NCBI GenBank assembly: GCA_017617915.1
Contig: JAFZVH010000013.1
Location: 1 to 48,655, forward strand
Origin: Alphaproteobacteria bacterium
GTDB taxonomy: Bacteria; Pseudomonadota; Alphaproteobacteria; Rs-D84
Reading direction: 5' to 3'
Length of the DNA stretch: 48,655 nucleotides
The translations under genes were made by a program, and so were the position numbers. This document shows, piece after piece, positions 42,119 through 48,655 of the stretch (position 1 is the stretch's first letter; each line of letters opens with the position of its first letter). The notes under the pieces are model-generated. The model did no database searches and had not been told where the DNA came from. It was given only the letters and a program-made list of their open reading frames with translations.

Positions 42119-43896
42119 TTTTTGCCTTTGGGCAACAGTGATAACACTGCCAATGGAAAATCGGTGGCCGATGCCAGATAAGAGCCACTGACCAACACAT
42201 TTGCGCCCGCCGCCCAGCATGCGCCAGCGGTTTCGGCATTTATGCCACCATCTACAGAAATTGTAAATTTCAAACCATATTTTTTGCGGGTAGCATCCAA
42301 TGCAGAAATTTTTTGCAAAACTTTTGGGTTAAATTCTTGACCTGCCGCCCCAGGGTTGACCCCCATGATCATTACTTCATCTAATTCACGCAAAACGGTT
42401 TTTAACAGAGATACAGGCGAATCGGGGTTTAGCGCAATGCCAACGCGTTTTCCGCTTTTGTGCACAATTTGAATCGCCTTGCGCAGGCCAACAGTGTTTG
42501 TTGAAAGAATAACGGTATCTGCGCCTGCGTTTATTGCACCCGCCGCCCAGATGTCTGGCGCATCGGTCATCAAATGAACATGCAGGTGTCCATTCCACAT
42601 AGTTCGAATTTTTTGCAATTCATCCAAACTGCCCGCAATTTTATCAACATACAGACCGTCCATGATGTCAATGTGTATTGCACGAATTCCGCCAGATTGA
42701 AACATTGTGTATGTTTCGGGTCGCATCATATCAAAACACAAACTGCTGGGCATAATTGGAACGGCGGAGGTATGTTTCTTTTTTTTGAAATGTAAGAATC
42801 CAAACAATTTTTTAAACAATTTTCTTTGGCGATTTAATCGCGCAAGATAAGACGTACGTTGATTTTTGTGTCCGTTCCATATAAATTCTGAAAGTGTGCG
42901 AACGGTTACATCATCACCAAGTTTTTTAATAGGAATATTTAATTGTTCAGACAATACCTCCTGCAAACCATCCAGGTTTGCACCGCCACCAGTTAAAATT
43001 ATTTCGGAGGGCGCATATTTTGCAATATACATTTCTGAATCAGATTTAATTTGTTCCAGCCAATTTGTATAGAACGGAACAATCAGTTCATTTATATCGG
43101 CACATGAAAATGCGTATGCGCTGTCCGCGGGACTAAACCGCGCCATTTCTGTTGGTTTTAATGTTGCAACTGCACGTTTGATTCTTTCGGCTTCTAAAAA
43201 AGATATAGCAAAATGTTTCGCAATTTCATCTGTTAAATCGTTTCCACCAAGTGCCCGCGTGTTGTGCCATACTGGGCCGCGGTCCGTCCAAATTGACATG
43301 GTTGTATTTTCCGCGCCCATATCCAGAAACATTATGTTTTGTCCGGGTTGTTTATATACACTGTTTGCAATAAAATGTGGCGCATAGAATGCATCGGCTT
43401 GGATGTGCGCCTGACGCAAAAAGCCAAGAATTTTTTGCATATATTCATTATTAAAAAATAGTGCCGCAAATGTTGATACTAGCTGTCTATCGCTGTGGCC
43501 GATTGGGGACAGCATATTGCGAAACCGCGGTGTGTCATAACGCAGCGGTATTATATGCATTGGGAAATAATTGTCGGGCGACTCAATTCTTGCAAGTTGT
43601 GCCTTGATATCTGATACAGTAATTTTATGATCGGATGGCCATTTGTCATTTTGTGATGATATGCAAAAATAAGATGGGCCAAAATTTCCAGTGATATAGC
43701 AAGTTGTATCAGATCTGCGACCAATCTGTTTTTCCAGTTCGTCTATTACAGATTTTAGTGCAAAGATTGTATCAAAATCATCGACCGAATAGTATGCAGA
43801 TTTATCGATTCTGGCATTACGAATACGATGTGCAACCCCGCGGACACCACAGGTACCAATATCTAAACACAAAAAAGCAGAATCCAACATCCGCAT
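42115..43896 (-). CDS. ftsA: single ORF encoding divergent FtsA (aa 1-~380) fused in frame to ribulose-phosphate 3-epimerase (aa ~382-593)
   Basis: N-terminal part: LCLDIGTCGVRGV, MFLDMGAENTTMS, ILTGGGANLDGL, then an amphipathic KLFKKLFGFLHF tail typical of an FtsA C-terminus. C-terminal part: IHIDIMDG, HVHLM, MGVNPGAAGQEF and SVDGGIN (Rpe motifs). An A8 tract sits at 42779-42786 and a candidate internal ATG at 42751-42753. Confidence 0.8.
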   Translation of the reverse strand: MRMLDSAFLCLDIGTCGVRGVAHRIRNARIDKSAYYSVDDFDTIFALKSVIDELEKQIGRRSDTTCYITGNFGPSYFCISSQNDKWPSDHKITVSDIKAQLARIESPDNYFPMHIIPLRYDTPRFRNMLSPIGHSDRQLVSTFAALFFNNEYMQKILGFLRQAHIQADAFYAPHFIANSVYKQPGQNIMFLDMGAENTTMSIWTDRGPVWHNTRALGGNDLTDEIAKHFAISFLEAERIKRAVATLKPTEMARFSPADSAYAFSCADINELIVPFYTNWLEQIKSDSEMYIAKYAPSEIILTGGGANLDGLQEVLSEQLNIPIKKLGDDVTVRTLSEFIWNGHKNQRTSYLARLNRQRKLFKKLFGFLHFKKKKHTSAVPIMPSSLCFDMMRPETYTMFQSGGIRAIHIDIMDGLYVDKIAGSLDELQKIRTMWNGHLHVHLMTDAPDIWAAGAINAGADTVILSTNTVGLRKAIQIVHKSGKRVGIALNPDSPVSLLKTVLRELDEVMIMGVNPGAAGQEFNPKVLQKISALDATRKKYGLKFTISVDGGINAETAGACWAAGANVLVSGSYLASATDFPLAVLSLLPKGKN

Positions 43897-44577
43897 TTAT
43901 TTTACTAAAATCCTTGCGTCATCACGCATATCCAGTGTTTTGATTTTTTTTGATAACATATTATTTTTGCTGTTTAACGCAACCAAATTTCCAATCGCCG
44001 CAACAGGGTCCTTTTCAGGTAACATAACCGTAATTCCACCAGTCGTTACTAAATTCCAGCGGCGACCGTCAATCCATTCTAAATAATCTAAATCTGATAT
44101 TAAATTTGTTGCGGCTTTGGTTATTTCAGAAATATCGTTTGGTACGGGACCGCGGAATACAACTGCATCAGGTCTTCGTGATTCGGATGGGTTTTTTACA
44201 ATTGTACCGTCGGCAGATATCGGATAATAATATGTTCCATCGGTCCATGTCGCAACCGCACGATAAAGGTGAATTTGAATTGCAAGGTTGCCATTAGGCA
44301 AGCGTCTGACCGCTGATTCGCGGACACCTGGGGTTTTTGCAATTCGAGAATTTACCAAATCCAAATTTATAGAATAACTACGTGTGCCGGGTGAAATACC
44401 AGCTGCGCCAATCACCGAAGATAAATCTTGGGCATTTGTGTCCGCAGATATTGATAGGCGTTGAACCATTGAAACAGGGGTGCGCCCCATAAAGGTCATA
44501 ATTATTCGGGTTGCAAAATATATGGCCAGCAAAATTGCGGCGACAAAATACAGCCAAAACCAAATGTTTCGTTTCAT
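43897..44577 (-). CDS. ftsQ: cell-division protein FtsQ
   Basis: N-terminal TM segment, a POTRA-like region (VQRLSISADTNAQDL...) and an FtsQ beta domain. Its stop abuts the ftsA ATG (TAAATG). Confidence 0.8.
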   Translation of the reverse strand: MKRNIWFWLYFVAAILLAIYFATRIIMTFMGRTPVSMVQRLSISADTNAQDLSSVIGAAGISPGTRSYSINLDLVNSRIAKTPGVRESAVRRLPNGNLAIQIHLYRAVATWTDGTYYYPISADGTIVKNPSESRRPDAVVFRGPVPNDISEITKAATNLISDLDYLEWIDGRRWNLVTTGGITVMLPEKDPVAAIGNLVALNSKNNMLSKKIKTLDMRDDARILVK

Positions 44578-44584
44578 GCCAGAT

Positions 44585-44593
44585 ATTATAGCA
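44585..44593 (-). promoter_or_regulatory. extended -10 (TGCTATAAT) 7 nt upstream of the ftsQ ATG; leaderless candidate
   Basis: Minus strand: TGCTATAAT-atctggc-ATG. No Shine-Dalgarno sequence. Confidence 0.45.
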
Positions 44594-44628
44594 TATTTTT
44601 AGGAAATATAAAAGTCGGGTAAGTTTTT

Positions 44629-45009
44629 TTATTCTGCGCGCAGTAAATATCCGCGACGAAACATGCATTTGCGATAAGAGCCCACAGATTTAGATGTTGT
44701 GTTGCGTGGAACAGACAACAACGACCGTTGACCTACATCTTTGTATTCGTTCGATTGAAATGTCACCCACAGACCGTCCCAGTCAGGCATACGCGCACTC
44801 TGATTCGGTGACAATAATTTTGCCAGACGCGAACGCGGCATATAAGACGGTTGATTTATTCCAAGACAAGCCTTGTGATCGCGAACAAACTGTTCTGTGG
44901 TCACAGACTCGTTTTCCCAATTTAAAATAGTTGCGTTATCTATGCTGCCCGAATTCGGTGAAGCACAACCAACCAAACCAAGAAATAAAATTACTTTTAA
45001 CATTCTCAT
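44629..45009 (-). CDS. hypothetical lipoprotein
   Basis: MRMLKVILFLGLVGC lipobox. No other motif. Confidence 0.5.
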   Translation of the reverse strand: MRMLKVILFLGLVGCASPNSGSIDNATILNWENESVTTEQFVRDHKACLGINQPSYMPRSRLAKLLSPNQSARMPDWDGLWVTFQSNEYKDVGQRSLLSVPRNTTSKSVGSYRKCMFRRGYLLRAE

Positions 45010-45082
45010 ATTTCATATTATAATTTAATTGCCTTTTTGTGGCAATAGTTTTTATAATGTAAAAAACATTGGGGGAAAAGAG

Positions 45083-45406
45083 ATGGCGATAACCGTTCAA
45101 AATTTTATTAAATTGGCGAACTTTTATAACCAGGTTGCCAAGACTATGTCTGCAATATGCGTGACTAAGGGTGGCATCCCACTGGAAAATTATGTCGGAC
45201 GTTTTTTTGCGGCCGATGTGTTGGAATTTGTTGCAGAGTATGGCGAACGTTTGCTATCATCTGATAAGAACATTGAAAAAGATGTTGCCGATGTGATTGC
45301 TCGTTTCAAGGCACAGTTTGAACATGTGCGCAGTTTAACTACGCCTTCGCAAAAGCCTATATACGAAATGACGTTGGAAGAATTTGAACGGACTATGAAC
45401 ATATAA
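45083..45406 (+). CDS. hypothetical cytoplasmic protein (107 aa)
   Basis: The ATG is preceded by GGGGGAAAAGAG, and the gene ends 17 nt before the next ATG. No motif recognised. Confidence 0.45.
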   Translation: MAITVQNFIKLANFYNQVAKTMSAICVTKGGIPLENYVGRFFAADVLEFVAEYGERLLSSDKNIEKDVADVIARFKAQFEHVRSLTTPSQKPIYEMTLEEFERTMNI

Positions 45407-45423
45407 CCAAGGTGGGTGCAATA

Positions 45424-46740
45424 ATGAAAAAGTTTTTAAACCTATGTTTTGCAGGGATGATTGTGTTATTGTTCGGCTGTATGCAACAGTCTGATTTGCC
45501 GCAATATGACACAATTCAAGTTGTTGATAATTTGGTCATAGATGACAACTCGGTGCCAATTTTTCCGAAAAAGGCGGCGCTGACAACCGATACTGCGCGG
45601 CGCTTTTCGGTGGAGTTGCCGCGGCGTTGTACTGTGAATTGGGATAATCAGTCTGTCGTTTCTGTTGTCCCCGAAGAAAAAATAGAAATTGTTCGCTTAG
45701 ACAGGGGTGATGCGTTGCCAGATTTGGCGGTATCTGATTATGATTTTAAACAACAAACTGTTCGGGGCGCATTGGAAAAGTTGTTGCAGGGCGTTCAAAT
45801 AGATGTGATAGAACAAGAGCCTGTATATGAAAAAATTTCTGGTTCTATTGTTGGCGGAAATTTGGCGGAAGCAGTCGATTTGATGACACGCTTGGGGCGT
45901 GCGTATTATTCTTATGATGCAGCGGCGGGCGAATTAAAATTGTTTAATCGCGCAAAGTGGCTGATTAAAATGCCAAAGAATGAAACAATTATAATGGCGC
46001 TTCTGGATGCTATGCATGGTGCCGATGTTCGCAATATGATTGTTGACTGGTCGGACAAGACGCTGATTTTCGAAGGCAATTATCAAACGGAACGCGAAGT
46101 CGCGCATATCGTTTCAGACATTGCGTCCAAGAAATATGTATTGGCGTGGGATATGGATGTGTATCGTGTTTACCCAAAGACCGATAATCCGATTATTTGG
46201 ATGAATTTGTTGCCGGCGTTTGGAACAAATAATATCAAGATGTCTATCCCTGGGGTTGTTGGGCGTACATTGGTTGTCGGACCCGAAATCAATTCTAAAA
46301 CCCTGCAAGAATTTTTGTCGACTCAGGCGAATGTTGTCTTGATTTCCCAAGGCCAGTTTGTTGTGCCTGATGGTTGGCAATCAAGATTTGATATCGGTCA
46401 ATGTGGCAAAGAAGAACGCATAGAAACAGATTTGATTGTTGGTGCAACTGCGAAATATCGTGATTATGGTGGACGTGATAAGATAGATGCGAAAATCGTT
46501 TTGCGAACCAGTAATGGTGAGCTGTCTTCGTTTTCTATTCCGTCAAGTGTAGGTGATAATTACATAATTATCGGTATTCCAACGCATTCTTTTGTGACAA
46601 CGCCAGAAACACTGATAAGTCCGTTTGCTGAATTGGTTGTGTTTATGTCGCCAAGGATAGTGTCGATTGTAAATCCCGCAGATGTTCCGTCTGAACCAAG
46701 TTTGGTCGGTGATGCGTTGCGTGATTTCTTGCGGAAGTAA
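45424..46740 (+). CDS. lipoprotein with secretin-like architecture (STN/N0-like, N1-like and short secretin-like C-domain)
   Basis: Lipobox LLFGC. N0-like TVRGALEKLLQGVQIDVI...GGNLAEAVDLMTRLGRAYYSYDAAAGELKLF. N1-like IVDWSDKTLIFEGNYQTEREVAHIVSDI. Then VLAWDMDVYRVY and a C-terminal ...FAELVVFMSPRIV resembling the secretin end motif ELvi.ltP.iv. Confidence 0.5.
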   Translation: MKKFLNLCFAGMIVLLFGCMQQSDLPQYDTIQVVDNLVIDDNSVPIFPKKAALTTDTARRFSVELPRRCTVNWDNQSVVSVVPEEKIEIVRLDRGDALPDLAVSDYDFKQQTVRGALEKLLQGVQIDVIEQEPVYEKISGSIVGGNLAEAVDLMTRLGRAYYSYDAAAGELKLFNRAKWLIKMPKNETIIMALLDAMHGADVRNMIVDWSDKTLIFEGNYQTEREVAHIVSDIASKKYVLAWDMDVYRVYPKTDNPIIWMNLLPAFGTNNIKMSIPGVVGRTLVVGPEINSKTLQEFLSTQANVVLISQGQFVVPDGWQSRFDIGQCGKEERIETDLIVGATAKYRDYGGRDKIDAKIVLRTSNGELSSFSIPSSVGDNYIIIGIPTHSFVTTPETLISPFAELVVFMSPRIVSIVNPADVPSEPSLVGDALRDFLRK

Positions 46741-46753
46741 AACAGGATAAAAA

Positions 46754-48007
46754 ATGTTCACAAAACTGGAAAGAAAAATTGCTTTTAGATATCTGGCGGC
46801 CCGCAAGCGCGGCTTTGGTTCGGTTGTGACATGGGTGTCGTTCCTTGGGATTATGCTTGGTGTGGCAACTTTGATTGTTGTTATGTCGGTTATGGGCGGT
46901 TTCCATGATACGTTGCTGTCGCGAATCGTCGGGATGAATGGACATGTTGTTGTTTATCATCAAGACGGTGCAATTGCAGATTATGATTTTCTGGTTGATA
47001 AGATAAAACAGAATAAAACGGTTGCACGTGCGGTTTCTGGAATTGTGCCAATTGCTGAAGGGCAGGTTATGGTTACGGCGCGCGGAAATAATTCTGGGGC
47101 AATGGTGCGTGGTATTCGGATGAATGATTTAGAAACAAAAACACACAGTGGTGTGCGTCTGTATGGCAAGGCATTGTCGGAAATTCAGGATGGTGAATTG
47201 GTTATTGGTTCCACACTCAGTCGTAATTTGGGTGTGCATATGGGCGATTCGGTATCACTGGTTTCGGCGAACGGCGCCACGCCAACCGCATTTGGAACTA
47301 TGCCGCGGATTATGTCTTATCCTGTAAAAACCGCGTTCTTTATGGGAATGTATGAATACGATTCTGGCTATATATTTATGCCACTGGCAACCGCGCAAAA
47401 GTATTTGAATATGGGTGATGCGGTGACGCATATAGATTTGTTCTTGAAAAATCCCGCGGATACCGATTCGGTGCGTGAAGCCCTTATAACAGACTTGCCT
47501 AATGGGTTCATTGTGCGTGATTGGCGTGATTTAAACCGTGGTTTTGTTGGCGCGTTGCAAGTTGAATCAAATGTTATGTTTTTGATTTTAATGCTGATAG
47601 TAATTGTTGCGGCATTTAATATTGTGTCTTCATTGGTTATGTTGGTCAAAGATAAATCAAAAGATATTGCGGTTTTGCGTACCTTTGGTGTGTCGCGCCG
47701 TTCGATGATGCGAATCTTTATTTTGTCGGGAACGACCATTGGGGTTGTTGGCGCGCTGTTAGGAACTGTTTTAGGAACAATCGTTGCAGCATATATCGAA
47801 CCTATACGCCAGTTTTTCCAGTGGGCAACAGGTCGTGATTTGTTTCCTGCGGAATTGTATTATTTGTCAGAACTGCCGTCCAAAATTGTTCCGGCTACGG
47901 TGTTGGGTATTGCGCTGATTGCGATAGCGTTGGCGTTCTTGGCGACAATTTATCCTGCTTGGAAAGCGGCAAACACAGATCCAGTAGAGGTACTGCGCAA
48001 TGAATAG
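46754..48007 (+). CDS. lolC: lipoprotein-releasing ABC transporter permease LolC/LolE
   Basis: IAFRYLAARKRGFGSVVTWVSFLGIMLGVATLIVVMSVMGGF, a large periplasmic loop, a C-terminal FtsX-like 3-TM block and DPVEVLRNE. Confidence 0.9.
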   Translation: MFTKLERKIAFRYLAARKRGFGSVVTWVSFLGIMLGVATLIVVMSVMGGFHDTLLSRIVGMNGHVVVYHQDGAIADYDFLVDKIKQNKTVARAVSGIVPIAEGQVMVTARGNNSGAMVRGIRMNDLETKTHSGVRLYGKALSEIQDGELVIGSTLSRNLGVHMGDSVSLVSANGATPTAFGTMPRIMSYPVKTAFFMGMYEYDSGYIFMPLATAQKYLNMGDAVTHIDLFLKNPADTDSVREALITDLPNGFIVRDWRDLNRGFVGALQVESNVMFLILMLIVIVAAFNIVSSLVMLVKDKSKDIAVLRTFGVSRRSMMRIFILSGTTIGVVGALLGTVLGTIVAAYIEPIRQFFQWATGRDLFPAELYYLSELPSKIVPATVLGIALIAIALAFLATIYPAWKAANTDPVEVLRNE

Positions 48008-48077
48008 CGTGAAACAAACTTATTGTGACAGCAATAAAAAACAGGCAGAATATTAAACAAAAACGGAAGTGATAGTA

Positions 48078-48655
48078 ATGGCATCGATATTGAATTCTTT
48101 ATCAAAACCTAAACAAGGCGAAGCGGTCTTGTCGGTGCGTGATATTAAAAAGACCTTTATAGAAGGCGGTCAGCCCTTGCATATTCTGACTGGTGGTGGT
48201 TTTGATTTGCATCGGGGCGAAATTGTTGCGTTGGTTGGTCCATCGGGCAGTGGTAAGTCAACATTGCTGCAATGTGTCGGGTTGCTGGATAAGCCATCGG
48301 GGGGCAGTATTTTGATTTCTGGAACGCCGGTGCATACGATGAACGAAGAAATGCGTACTTTTGTACGACGCCAAAAGATTGGCTTTGTGTACCAGCGTCA
48401 TAATTTGCTTTCTGATTTTACTGCACTGGAAAACGTTATGTTGCCTATGTTGGCAAACGGCTGTGATTCATCTGTGGCGGCGGCGCGTGCAATGAAATTG
48501 TTAAAAGCGGCAAATGTTGCGCACAGGGCATCGCATTTGCCTGGCCAGATGTCTGGTGGTGAACAACAACGTACGGCTGTTGCGCGTGCGCTGGCAAACA
48601 ATCCCGATATATTATTAGCGGATGAACCAACGGGCAGTTTGGATCCAAATCATGC
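48078..48655 (+). CDS. lolD: lipoprotein-releasing ABC transporter ATPase LolD (3' end outside window)
   Basis: ATG 48078. Walker [11 protein letters not shown]-loop FVYQRHNLL, signature MSGGEQQR and Walker [10 protein letters not shown]. The frame is open to the window end, so it is absent from the ORF track. Confidence 0.9.
   Translation, partial: MASILNSLSKPKQGEAVLSVRDIKKTFIEGGQPLHILTGGGFDLHRGEIVALVGPSGSGKSTLLQCVGLLDKPSGGSILISGTPVHTMNEEMRTFVRRQKIGFVYQRHNLLSDFTALENVMLPMLANGCDSSVAAARAMKLLKAANVAHRASHLPGQMSGGEQQRTAVARALANNPDILLADEPTGSLDPNH

Noticed and set aside
1-48655. Mobile elements or prophage (integrase, transposase, IS inverted repeats)
   Set aside because: No ORF shows DDE/HUH transposase, tyrosine/serine recombinase or phage structural motifs. 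The tRNA-adjacent repeats have no associated recombinase.

Overview
This is a 48.6-kb chromosomal segment of a Gram-negative bacterium. Gene content suggests an alphaproteobacterium with a compact, rearranged genome, but that is inference only. It is mostly tightly packed housekeeping genes: thrS, tatA, tatBC, dksA, trxA, sufS-sufT-sufE and a separate sufBC, ftsL-ftsI, recJ, nrnA-like, lolA and lolC/E-lolD, miaB, gatC/gatA/gatB, ruvX, rpsT, plsY, dprA, dnaA, uvrB, tsaE, ftsQ-ftsA. There are two tRNAs, Lys-CUU and Phe-GAA, plus envelope and secreted proteins. I saw no transposase, integrase, CRISPR array or rRNA. Seven things stand out. (1) Four tightly coupled ORFs of unknown function sit between gatC and gatA; one has an RNA polymerase alpha-CTD-like domain, and an antisense tRNA-Phe lies between gatA and gatB. 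(2) A 175-bp tandem array repeats the last 17 nt of tRNA-Lys and its terminator, joined to a structured ~95-nt module. (3) Two lipoprotein secretin-family genes have no pilus or secretion machinery nearby; one is paired with a TcpQ-like protein and one lies in front of lolC/E-lolD. (4) FtsA is fused in frame to ribulose-phosphate 3-epimerase across an A8 tract. (5) Short TAGTGG-type repeats are built onto stop codons. (6) Small paralogous secreted proteins include one copy with an in-frame TAG. (7) Several promoters look leaderless. All functional calls rest on motifs read by eye; no searches were run.
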